In this document: positions 9,803-25,312 of the stretch, in pieces
Numbering within the stretch: the stretch's first letter is position 1
Layout: the number at the start of each line of letters is the position of its first letter
DNA from: Candidatus Hydrogenedentota bacterium
Lineage (GTDB): Bacteria > Hydrogenedentota > Hydrogenedentia > Hydrogenedentales > SLHB01
Direction: 5' to 3'
NCBI GenBank assembly: GCA_963674865.2
Contig: CAXXYE010000009.1
Location: 64,001 to 128,000 of the forward strand
Length of the DNA: 64,000 nucleotides
Position numbers and translations under genes: made by a program
Notes under the pieces: model-generated
Seen by the model: only the letters and a program-made list of their open reading frames with translations
What the model was told of the DNA's origin: nothing
The model's database searches: none

Positions 9803-10284
9803 GCGAGACGCTTCTCATCCTCGAAAGCCGCACCCCCAAGGAAACAGAGGCTGTTGGCGCCGCGCTTGCCCGCCTCCTGCCGCCGGGCGCCAACATCGCT
9901 TTGCGCGGCGAATTGGCGACAGGCAAGACATGTCTCGTGCGAGGTATGGCCTCGCATTTCGCTGCAAGCGACCTAGTACACAGCCCAACCTTCACCCTCG
10001 TCAACGAATATGGGGACGAATCCAAGCTCTACCACGTCGATCTCTACCGCGTGGGGGATGCGGCCGAGGCCGCCGACCTCGGACTGGAGGAACTCTTCGA
10101 GTCCGACGGTATCTGCGCGATTGAGTGGGCCGAGCGGGCGGAGGCCTTGATCCCTGCCCAATGCCTCAACATCTCCCTGGAACACGTTGAAGGGGATCGC
10201 CGCCGCATCATCTTCCTTGATCCGGGACTTCTGCCCAGCAATTGGCGCACCCGGCTCGCCGCGGCACTCGATCAGCGGCCATAG
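9799..10284 (+). CDS. tsaE: tRNA threonylcarbamoyladenosine biosynthesis ATPase
   Basis: GELATGKT P-loop, SPTFTLVNEY, YHVDLYR, IEWAE. Confidence 0.93.
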   Translation: MSETLLILESRTPKETEAVGAALARLLPPGANIALRGELATGKTCLVRGMASHFAASDLVHSPTFTLVNEYGDESKLYHVDLYRVGDAAEAADLGLEELFESDGICAIEWAERAEALIPAQCLNISLEHVEGDRRRIIFLDPGLLPSNWRTRLAAALDQRP

Positions 10285-10415
10285 TCCGACGCGGAGCCGG
10301 AGACCTTGCCGGAAAGCGTCCGGTGCAGTAGGATGGATGGGCCGCAAGGGGGCGGCTGCGGGGATGCAGTCCCCAAGCTTCTGAGAGGATTACGAGAGGT
10401 CAGAAGGAGACAATC

Positions 10416-11567
10416 ATGAGCCCTCACGCCATCAACCGACGAAGCTTCCTGAAACTCGGATCGCTGGGAGTAGCACTTGGGGCAGGGACGACGCACCGCA
10501 GTCACGCCGAGGATCCCACGGCCGGCGATATACAACCCGGAGGCCCGGTTCGCCGCACCCTCGGACGCACGGGCCTCAAAGTGACGGCGGTAAGCATTGG
10601 AGCGATGCGGACCTCGGAACCCGATGTGCTCAAGGCGGTGTTCGACCGCGGCGTCAACTTCGTCCACACCGGCCGCAACTACATGGAGGGCCAGAACGAG
10701 GGCATCGTTGGCAAAGCCCTTAAGGGATATCGGGACAAGGTGTATGTCGCCACGAAGGTAAGCGCCTCATCGAAGGAGGAAATGCTCGGGAAAATCGACG
10801 AGTCACTCAAAGCGCTTGAGGTCGACTACGTCGACATCGTCACGCGGGGCAGCGCCTCCTCCGCCGAGGACGTGATGAATCCCGTCTTGCGCGAAGCAAT
10901 GGCCGAAGCGCGCGCCGCCGGTAAGGCCCGGTTTCTGGGCGTGCCCACTCACAAGAACGAAGCCGAAGTACTCAACGCTCTGGCCGACGACAAAGACAAG
11001 TTCTTTGACGTCGTTCTTGTGGCTTACAACTTCAAGAAGGACAAGGCCGTTAAGGAAGCCATCGCTCGAGCCGCCAAAGCAGGGATCGGCGTCATCGCCA
11101 TGAAGACCCAGGCCGGCGGCTACGAAACAAAGGAACTTGGCGACATCAGTCCGCATCAGGCCGCGCTCAAGTGGGTACTCCAGGATCCCAATGTCACCAC
11201 GGCGATCCCCGCCATGGTAAATCTTGCTCAGATCAAAGAAGATCTCGAAGTGATGGGGATGCCCCTGTCCGAGGTCGATAAACAGATCCTCAGCCGCTAC
11301 GGTGACGCCATCGCTCCCTACTACTGTGCGGCCTGCTCCGGATGCGACGGTACCTGCCCTCAGGGAGTGGACATACCTTCGGTTAACCGATGCCTCATGT
11401 ACGCGGAGGGCTACCGCGATCTTGACCTGGCCCGCGCCGCCTACGCCGACCTGCCCGTTCAGGAATCCGCGGCACACTGCGGCGATTGCCTCGAGTGCGT
11501 AGCGCAGTGCTCCCGGCAGCTCGACATCGCCGCCAGGATGAGCCAGGCGAGAGCTCTCTTGGCCTGA
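10416..11567 (+). CDS. Tat-exported aldo/keto reductase-family protein with C-terminal Fe-S (4Fe-4S dicluster-like) domain
   Basis: INRRSFLK twin-arginine signal; RTLGRTGLKV, YVATK, IAMKT; CAACSGCDGTCP and CGDCLECVAQC. Confidence 0.85.
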   Translation: MSPHAINRRSFLKLGSLGVALGAGTTHRSHAEDPTAGDIQPGGPVRRTLGRTGLKVTAVSIGAMRTSEPDVLKAVFDRGVNFVHTGRNYMEGQNEGIVGKALKGYRDKVYVATKVSASSKEEMLGKIDESLKALEVDYVDIVTRGSASSAEDVMNPVLREAMAEARAAGKARFLGVPTHKNEAEVLNALADDKDKFFDVVLVAYNFKKDKAVKEAIARAAKAGIGVIAMKTQAGGYETKELGDISPHQAALKWVLQDPNVTTAIPAMVNLAQIKEDLEVMGMPLSEVDKQILSRYGDAIAPYYCAACSGCDGTCPQGVDIPSVNRCLMYAEGYRDLDLARAAYADLPVQESAAHCGDCLECVAQCSRQLDIAARMSQARALLA

Positions 11568-11642
11568 CGCAAACCGACAGTCCGAGGGCACACAGATCCT
11601 GCCGTATGCGGGAGACGCACGGGAACTCCAGGGAAAAGTCTA

Positions 11643-11811
11643 GCCCGCTTTTCTCACAGCCGCATAACGAGATTGCAGGTAAGTCATGCGGAACGGGTGC
11701 TTTGCCCCGCAAGCCGGCCGTTCGAGAATCCGGTGAAGCGCCTCTCCGCCTCCTCGTTCACCCATCATCACCAAGCCCGTTCCCACTCAACAGCAGGTGA
11801 GAAAAGCGGGC
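11643..11811. repeat. 169-bp intergenic segment bounded by a perfect 15-bp inverted repeat (MITE-like or long hairpin)
   Basis: GCCCGCTTTTCTCAC at 11643-11657 and GTGAGAAAAGCGGGC at 11797-11811, between convergent genes. Confidence 0.6.
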
Positions 11812-11840
11812 CGTAGGCAACTGTGTGTGAGACATCCAGC

Positions 11841-14306
11841 CTAGTAAGGCCTGTCCCCGGACTGCCACGGTACGGCGAGGCCAAGCTCCTCCGGCGGTTT
11901 GTCCACGTAGTACAACTCGAACTCCCACCAGCTATAGCCGCGGCTTCGATCCGCGATGAAAAGCCGGAAGGTGTAGTCGTTATCCGCCATCGGCTGCTCC
12001 ATAACGAAGGGGTGAATCGTCTGCGACTCGATATCCTTCACGAGCACCGTAACCTCCCGCGCCGGAAGACGCCCGAGGAATTCATACTGAACGGAGTGCA
12101 TGCCGTCATCCTGCAAGTGATGGACGGAGATCGTGTCTCCTTGTACCGAAAGGATGTCTTTCCCATCCACTTTGCCGCGCCAATGCAGGAACTTCGCCGC
12201 CTCTCCCGAGAGTGCTTCCAAGGTGTCGGCGTTCCGCTGCTGCTGAGTTTGAATAGCCTCGAGCACACTGGGCGTATCCAGCGCCTTGGCCAGCCTGGCC
12301 TCCGCCGCATCGATGTCCTCAACCGCCTCGTCCGCGGAGGCAATGAGTTGATCAACTCCAAACATACTGAACTTGAAGTCCGGCGTCGCCGCGAATGTAG
12401 CCCGCGCTTTCTTCAGCGATTCCAGGGCCGTAGCAAGCAGCTCCTTCGTCTCCGAACTCGGATTCTCACGGTACTGGAAGTATCTATAGCAGGTCTCGAC
12501 GTAAGAGTAGTTGGTTTCCACGAGCCAGCGCGTCACTTCCAACGAGCTCCCCACCCGCTTCGCCAGCGCCGCATCGGCGACTTTCGGCGCCACCGGCGCA
12601 TAGCGCCGCTGCATCTCGCGTGCGGCATCACGGCCTCTTTCAAGGAGCGCAAGGGCCTCATCAATCCGCCCCTTCGAGGGCGCATACATGGAGCATTCAA
12701 GCCACTCGATATGCGCCCTTCCGTGATCGATGAACGGGTAGCCGCGCACTTCAAAGACACCGCACCGCAGGTGCGGGAGCGTATTCCACGTCAAGGACTC
12801 CGCCACCGGCTTGATGTAGATACCATCCTTGTAGGCCACGTAGGAAAGAAGCAGGATATCTGCCATCTCTGGGGCCGCTTCCCTTCCAAGGTGGATGGCC
12901 GCGTAGTCTTCCGCCGCCGTTCTCAGGTCGAGTTTGGGGTCCCACGCAAGGCGGAAACCCATATATGTGGTAAGCGTTTGCGTATCCCATCGCCTGGGAT
13001 CCGACGTGTTGACATGGAATCCTTTCACATTGCTGTTCTCGGAGGCCATGATCACGTCCAGTCCGCCCTGGTAATACTGCCCCGGGAACGACGGGAAGAT
13101 CTCGAAGACACCCGCCGCGTGGTAGTCCAAGCGCGAAAGGAGGACGGCCATGTGGTGCGGCGTCACGTTGAACGTCGCGTTGTAAGGCTGGTAGTACCAG
13201 CGATCGCCCGCGCTCAGGTACGGTGAAAGATAGAGATTCTTCATGGGCACTTCATCGGTGAAGATGGCCCGGTACACGTCCGGATTGGCGTGCTGTTCCG
13301 TCGTATTCGTCACCCACGTTCGGTGGAAGTAGATCTTGTCGAATTCCCCCACGATAACTTCGTGCATCTTCTGCACGAATACCCGATACCGCTTTTCGAG
13401 CGGCCAATCACATTCCGCCGGCTCGTGCATCACATCCAGACCCCGGTAGCTCCCGGTGATGCGGGTATGCTCCCCTGTCCGGATGCGCACGCCGTCCAGC
13501 TCCGGGAACACCTCGAACAGGCGCCGGTACTTCGCCTGAAGCGCTTTCCAGAAGTTCGGATCCCGTGGATCGAGCGTTGCGTTGAACTCTTCGAGAAGAC
13601 TCGGGTGATACGAGAACTCGTCGCCCGTCGCCAGGTATTTCAGATGGTGTGCATGGGCAACGTCGATCAGTTTAGCGAGTTCCGCGCGCGTCTCCGCGTT
13701 GCGCGTCGCCTCCGGCTCAGAACTCCAGGGCATGAGGTTGTCGAGCAATCCCCCGGACACCCAGGTGGCGCCGTAGCGTAGCGCGTTGCGGACGTCCTCG
13801 ACGGCCGACGCTTCAGTGAGTCGCACCGGCACGGCCGGCATGCGCACCACGTCGAGGTCCGGGATCTCGCCGTACACACGCACACGATCCCACAGCCAAT
13901 ACAAGCCATACGCGTCGCCCAAGATAGAACCGCCCGCAATAGCAATGAGCCGTCCGCCCTGTTGAGGGCGCGTCCGAATCTCGTATCCCTGCGGGTCGGA
14001 GACTCCCGTCATATCAAGACCCGCCTGTTTTAGGAGCGCCTCTCCCGCGGGATTTCGGGCCGCATCGCCCACCACTATCACATTCCCGGAGGACGGTGCC
14101 TCGACACTCTTGCGGAAGGAAAGCCCGAAGGGCGCCCCATCTTCCTCTAAGTCTTCAATCGCAGCCTCAATGGCTACATCGTCGCCGAGCGCTGTTCCCG
14201 TAAAGACTACCCACTCCTGCATGTCCTTTGCCCTCGCTGGTTGGCAGGCCACGGCCATCCCGAAGACGGCGGCAATCACCGCCGTGACAAAATCCGTACC
14301 CCGCAT
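11841..14306 (-). CDS. Secreted protein, putative glycoside hydrolase-like (uncharacterised)
   Basis: N-terminal signal peptide. QGYEIR...IAIAGGSILGDAYGLYWL resembles the N-terminal domain of GH20/GH67/GH115 enzymes; RIRTGE lies in a probable barrel; separate small C-terminal domain. Confidence 0.55.
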   Translation of the reverse strand: MRGTDFVTAVIAAVFGMAVACQPARAKDMQEWVVFTGTALGDDVAIEAAIEDLEEDGAPFGLSFRKSVEAPSSGNVIVVGDAARNPAGEALLKQAGLDMTGVSDPQGYEIRTRPQQGGRLIAIAGGSILGDAYGLYWLWDRVRVYGEIPDLDVVRMPAVPVRLTEASAVEDVRNALRYGATWVSGGLLDNLMPWSSEPEATRNAETRAELAKLIDVAHAHHLKYLATGDEFSYHPSLLEEFNATLDPRDPNFWKALQAKYRRLFEVFPELDGVRIRTGEHTRITGSYRGLDVMHEPAECDWPLEKRYRVFVQKMHEVIVGEFDKIYFHRTWVTNTTEQHANPDVYRAIFTDEVPMKNLYLSPYLSAGDRWYYQPYNATFNVTPHHMAVLLSRLDYHAAGVFEIFPSFPGQYYQGGLDVIMASENSNVKGFHVNTSDPRRWDTQTLTTYMGFRLAWDPKLDLRTAAEDYAAIHLGREAAPEMADILLLSYVAYKDGIYIKPVAESLTWNTLPHLRCGVFEVRGYPFIDHGRAHIEWLECSMYAPSKGRIDEALALLERGRDAAREMQRRYAPVAPKVADAALAKRVGSSLEVTRWLVETNYSYVETCYRYFQYRENPSSETKELLATALESLKKARATFAATPDFKFSMFGVDQLIASADEAVEDIDAAEARLAKALDTPSVLEAIQTQQQRNADTLEALSGEAAKFLHWRGKVDGKDILSVQGDTISVHHLQDDGMHSVQYEFLGRLPAREVTVLVKDIESQTIHPFVMEQPMADNDYTFRLFIADRSRGYSWWEFELYYVDKPPEELGLAVPWQSGDRPY

Positions 14307-14533
14307 GACTTGGCCACCTGTTCATAGACCCCAGTATCTCCCCCAGCGCCCCGTAATGACCGCCAGGTTTAGCGACGCATTGTATAGGCAGCGAAGATTC
14401 CCTTCAATCCGAAATTATCGCCCCAACGGATCGTGCCGCGCGCATGGCGCCCTGACCGGCCTCATTTTGCAGCACTTGCTCGCCACAGCAACTTGGCGCG
14501 AGGCACATTAGACGGCGCGCGCAAGGAAAACTC

Positions 14534-14562
14534 TTGACAATTTGGTTATTTTAGAGGAAACT
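14534..14562 (+). promoter_or_regulatory. Possible sigma70 promoter for the downstream lipoprotein
   Basis: TTGACA (14534-14539), 17-nt AT-rich spacer, GAAACT. Confidence 0.35.
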
Positions 14563-14631
14563 AGCGATACGTCCGGGACGGCACAGTCGAATACAGGCCC
14601 CGGACGGGACAACTGGAGAGGAGGATTTGCC

Positions 14632-15639
14632 GTGAGTTACGCGAGGTGGAGTCTCATAGCGCTATGCATGGTCGTCGCAACATGTCTTGTAGGGTGTCCG
14701 GAAGAGACGCCGAGCCTCGCCTTGTCAGCACAGACCCATCACTTTGGGCTGAGTGAGGAATCCTGGTCTTTCACGCTCTGGAACGCGGGTGGCCAGAAGC
14801 TGTTTTTTGAAATCGACGTCGACCAGCCATGGTTGGATGTTTCCCCCGCATCAGGATCGAGCGAGGGAGTAACGGACGTACAAACCATAACCGTCACCCT
14901 CGACCGCGACGCCAAAGCCGCCGACACTTATTATGCAGCAACGCTGACCATCGAGTCGAGCGGCGGAAACGCAAGCGTCGAGGTCACCACGGCCCCGGAC
15001 TATCTCACGGAAGCCTTTGATGAAAATGACTTCGACCTCGCCTTCACCCGGCTACTCTTCACCCCGACGGACTCACCGGACTTTTACGAGGCGTCACGTT
15101 CGCTTGTAGATGACTTTGGAACCGACCCGGCCGGGGGAACCGACCTTGCGTCCTTCTTCCAGCAGGGAGATCCCATATGGGCAGCCCCAATACAGGGCTG
15201 GTCCCTTCCCTTCTACGGCCACGATTACGACTCCTTCTACATCGGCTCTGACGGCTACCTGAGTTTCGCCGCGCCTTCTCAAGGCGAAAGTGGATTCGGC
15301 TTGTCCGACCACTTTGCCGTCCCCCGCATCTCCGGGCTGTTCCGCAACCTAGCGCCCCAGGACGGCGGCGCCGTGTCGCTCAAACAAGAAGCCGACCGCA
15401 TCGCGGTTACCTATGAAGACGTTCCCGAGGCCGGCGTCACCAGCGCCAACAACTTCCAGATCGAGATGTTCTTCAATGGCGATATCGCCCTTACCTACCT
15501 GGGAATCGACTCCCGCAACGCTATCGTCGGCCTTTCGGACGGCGAAGCCCTCTACTACCCGGCCGAATTCGTGGAAACCGACTTCAGCGCCTACAACACC
15601 GCGACGCTGAAGACCCGCCTGGCGCCACCCGCCCCATAA
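14632..15639 (+). CDS. Lipoprotein with BACON-like Ig domain and nidogen/NIDO-like domain
   Basis: GTG 14632 follows GGAGGA; lipobox LVG-C; QPWLDVSPASGS...TITVTLDR (BACON-like); PFYGHDYDSFYIGSDGYLSF, NNFQIEMFFNGDI (NIDO-like). Confidence 0.6.
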   Translation: MSYARWSLIALCMVVATCLVGCPEETPSLALSAQTHHFGLSEESWSFTLWNAGGQKLFFEIDVDQPWLDVSPASGSSEGVTDVQTITVTLDRDAKAADTYYAATLTIESSGGNASVEVTTAPDYLTEAFDENDFDLAFTRLLFTPTDSPDFYEASRSLVDDFGTDPAGGTDLASFFQQGDPIWAAPIQGWSLPFYGHDYDSFYIGSDGYLSFAAPSQGESGFGLSDHFAVPRISGLFRNLAPQDGGAVSLKQEADRIAVTYEDVPEAGVTSANNFQIEMFFNGDIALTYLGIDSRNAIVGLSDGEALYYPAEFVETDFSAYNTATLKTRLAPPAP

Positions 15640-15651
15640 CGTTAAGCCAAC

Positions 15652-15695
15652 AAAAAACGCGCCCCTCAAACCATGATTGGTTTGAGGGGCGCGTT
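15652..15695 (-). terminator. Intrinsic terminator of the rRNA operon (probably bidirectional)
   Basis: Minus strand AACGCGCCCCTCAAACCA-ATCA-TGGTTTGAGGGGCGCGTT then TTTT; long perfect stem just after 5S. Confidence 0.9.
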
Positions 15696-15703
15696 CAATT
15701 AAG

Positions 15704-15821
15704 CGCCGGCGACGACCGACTCTCCCACCCGGTTGCCCAGGCAGTACCATAGGCGCTGGCGGGCTTAACTGCTGTGTTCGGAATGGGAACAGGTGTTGCC
15801 CCGCCGCTATAGCCACCGGCA
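15704..15821 (-). rRNA. rrf: 5S rRNA
   Basis: Minus strand GCCGGTGGCTATAGCGGCGGGGCAACACCTGTTCCCATTCCGAACACAGCAGTTAAG...GAGAGTCGGTCGTCGCCGGC. Confidence 0.96.
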
Positions 15822-15892
15822 AAAACAGTGACAGCGAATACAAGGGTAAGCCAGGACGCGTATCCAAGAAGTGTCGTAATGATGCCAAAAAC

Positions 15893-18928
<3,036 letters not shown>

Positions 18929-19101
18929 GAAAAACCGATCCACACCCTACAATGAGGGTGAGATTTCGAGTAATTCTAGACACTTCTAATAGACATGCTT
19001 CTCGGTTACCCTTGCATTCAACTGTCAAAGAACTGGCTCTGTTGCCGAAACCGGCAACCAGCCTACACGCTTACGCGTGGTATCAACTCATTCGTCACGC
19101 C

Positions 19102-19177
19102 TGGTGGAGATGAACGGGATCGAACCGTCGACCTCCGGCTTGCAAAGCCGGCGCTCTCCCAACTGAGCTACATCCCC
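19102..19177 (-). tRNA. tRNA-Ala(TGC)
   Basis: GGGGATGTAGCTCAGTTGGGAGAGCGCCGGCTTTGCAAGCCGGAGGTCGACGGTTCGATCCCGTTCATCTCCACCA, with encoded CCA. Confidence 0.97.
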
Positions 19178-19223
19178 GGCGCATTTCGCACCCGCGGCGC
19201 TCGCGCGCCAAACGAGGATTGCT

Positions 19224-19300
<77 letters not shown>

Positions 19301-19407
19301 ACGTCCCGGCCGCCCGAGCCCGAGCGCCCTTTGAACCTTGAATACGGTGCACGTCGCAAACACTGTGCGATCGACCTGGGCGACGAAAATCGTCGCCTCT
19401 TGATACT

Positions 19408-20961
<1,554 letters not shown>

Positions 20962-21139
20962 AACCTGAATACTGCCCGGCTTACACCGGGCCGTATCATA
21001 GGCGAGTTTGATTCCCTTCAATAAGAAAAGGAATCGTCAAAACCGATATCCCGCCAAGGCGGGAAACCGGCGATTTGGGGGGTACGTTTGGGGACATGCC
21101 CCAAACAGAACCTTGCACACAGTGTTCACTGTGTGACAT

Positions 21140-21164
21140 GCACCGTATTCAATTTTCAAAGAGC
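21140..21164 (-). promoter_or_regulatory. rrn leader boxA and 16S processing stalk
   Basis: GCTCTTTGAAAA boxA-like. GCACCGTATTCAA (21140-21152) is complementary to TTGAATACGGTGC (19338-19350) on the other side of 16S. A second boxA-like GTTCTTTGACA lies near 19023-19033. Confidence 0.7.
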
Positions 21165-21279
21165 GTTCGTTCTCTGGGCGACAATTACCCCGGCACCCTT
21201 GCCACGCACGCGCTGCAATCGTGCCGGGGGACGTTGTACCCTTCGCTAGGCTGACTGTTGCGCAGCCACCCAAGTTAGG

Positions 21280-21309
21280 ATCTTAGCACCCGGCCGGTGG
21301 GCTTGTCAA
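21280..21309 (-). promoter_or_regulatory. rrn promoter P2
   Basis: TTGACA, 18-nt spacer, extended TG-n-TAAGAT. Confidence 0.7.
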
Positions 21310-21366
21310 CCCCTCGCCGGGCCTCTCTCCACCGCGACGACCAGTGATCGTCGCAACGAGCGGCGA

Positions 21367-21416
21367 ACTATACCACGCAAATCTGCCGATGTCAACAAAA
21401 AAACGAAAAAAATTTT
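21367..21416 (-). promoter_or_regulatory. rrn promoter P1 with UP element
   Basis: TTGACA (21395-21390), 17 nt, TG-n-TATAGT (21372-21367); T-tracts upstream. Confidence 0.85.
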
Positions 21417-21743
21417 CTGGGCCCTTTTCGCGGCCTGCCGTCAGGTCATCGACCCTACCCGCGCAAGCTTGGCTTCCGGCAGAAACTGCGCCGAGCAGTC
21501 TTTCTGAAGGGGCACGTTAGTGTGGTAGCGAGCTGGAATGCCCCTGGTCTAGAAGGACCCGTTAAGATAGGCTTCCCCAGGCTTCATCGCCTTGGCTCCA
21601 GACGTGCCCGTGAAACCGCGCTTCTTCTTTGTTTGGCGCGCCGGCCTATGCTATCCTGCGAGTCACGGGCTAGGGCAGCGTGGCCCTGTTTCGCACGGCA
21701 CACGAGGCCTGAATAACCAACGACGCACGAGGGCAAGAATCCT

Positions 21744-22718
21744 ATGAGCAAGACTCGGTTTCTAACACAGGCGATCGTGTTCGCCGTCGCTCTATTCGTC
21801 CGGCCGGTTGCGGCAGAGGTGGTCGATAGAATCCTGGCCACCGTTGATAAGGAAGTCATACTGCAAAGCGACATCCTCGACGCCGTTGCCCCGGAGATCA
21901 ACCAACTCCGCATGGCCGGAGCGTCGGGGGAGGAGCTTGGCCGCAAGGCCGACGCGCTGATGCGCGAAGCGCTCGACCAAGCTATCGAGGCCAAGATTCT
22001 ACTCCGCGAGGCCCTGCTTGCCGGCTACGAAGTCGAAGACGAAGCTATCGAGCAACACATCGACACCATCAAGCAGGGATTCACTTCCACGGAGGAATTT
22101 CTCCGTGAACTCGACCGAGCCGGGCTCACCGTGGCTGACCTGCGTGAACGTCACCGCAAACAACTGCTCGCCACGAATATGGCCATGGCCAAACGGAGAC
22201 AATTCGCCAGAGATGCCGTCATCTCTGAAGCTGACGTCTTAAAGTACTACGAGGAGCACAAGTCCGAGTTCTCAAGACCCGAGCGGGTGTGGTGTCGGCA
22301 GATCTTCCTCGCCGCACGCGACGATCCGCACGAGCGCACAGCGGCCCGTTCGGCGCTCGAGAAACTCAAAGAGGAAATCGTCGCTGGCGCTGATTTCACC
22401 GAACTAGCCCGGAGCCATTCACAAGCACCCGGCGCCGAGAACGGGGGCGTCATTGGATGGATTGCCCACGGCGACCTCAAACCCGCACTCGAAGAGGCGG
22501 CCTTCGCCCTTCCCGTCGATGGCATCAGCTCAATCGTCGAGACCGAGGGAGGTCTCCACTTGCTCAAAGTCGAGAAAAAAGAAGAGGGCGGGGTGCGTCC
22601 CTTCCAGGAAGTTCGCCAGGACATCGAGCCACGGCTCCGCGACGAAGCCGCAGAAGAACGCTACAACAAGTGGGTGGGCGAACTCCGCAAGCGGAGCCGG
22701 GTCCGCATCGTCTTCTAA
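21744..22718 (+). CDS. SurA/PrsA-like parvulin peptidyl-prolyl isomerase
   Basis: Signal peptide; VDRILATVDKEVILQSD (SurA N-domain); ADFTELARSHS..GGVIGW..IVETEGGLHLLKV parvulin domain. Confidence 0.88.
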   Translation: MSKTRFLTQAIVFAVALFVRPVAAEVVDRILATVDKEVILQSDILDAVAPEINQLRMAGASGEELGRKADALMREALDQAIEAKILLREALLAGYEVEDEAIEQHIDTIKQGFTSTEEFLRELDRAGLTVADLRERHRKQLLATNMAMAKRRQFARDAVISEADVLKYYEEHKSEFSRPERVWCRQIFLAARDDPHERTAARSALEKLKEEIVAGADFTELARSHSQAPGAENGGVIGWIAHGDLKPALEEAAFALPVDGISSIVETEGGLHLLKVEKKEEGGVRPFQEVRQDIEPRLRDEAAEERYNKWVGELRKRSRVRIVF

Positions 22719-22724
22719 TCGAAT

Positions 22725-24921
<2,197 letters not shown>

Positions 24922-24973
24922 TGCCAAGGCCGCAAATGCAGCGGTGTCCCGCATCGGGGTGAGATAGGTCCAA

Positions 24974-25300
24974 ATGTTCGAGAGGCGAACCGTTTGGTAC
25001 CTGGCCGCCGTCCTGGGCGTTGCGGCGCTTGCGGCGTTTTACGCCCAGCGCCGTGACCTCCGCTCCCGGTATATCGAGTTCCAAGAGAGCCAGGACACCT
25101 TGCGCCGTGACGGGGAACGGCTACAAATGCTCCAGAAGCGCGAATCCGAACTTCGGCAACGCGTCGACCACTTGGTCAACGACCCCGTCGAGATGGAGGC
25201 GGAAGTGCGCCGCAGCAAGAACCGCGTTCGAGAAGGCGAGACCATCTACCGCATTGAACCGGACGTTTCTCCCGGGCAAAGCACGCCCAGCGGCCAATAG
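24974..25300 (+). CDS. Septum formation initiator (FtsB/DivIC family)
   Basis: One N-terminal TM helix, coiled coil, VREGETIYR motif; directly after eno. Confidence 0.75.
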   Translation: MFERRTVWYLAAVLGVAALAAFYAQRRDLRSRYIEFQESQDTLRRDGERLQMLQKRESELRQRVDHLVNDPVEMEAEVRRSKNRVREGETIYRIEPDVSPGQSTPSGQ

Positions 25301-25312
25301 AAGGACTGCGTT

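Noticed and set aside
11823..13226. 467-aa plus-strand ORF
   Set aside because: Antisense shadow of the 821-aa gene; no recognisable motifs; expected in high-GC coding DNA.
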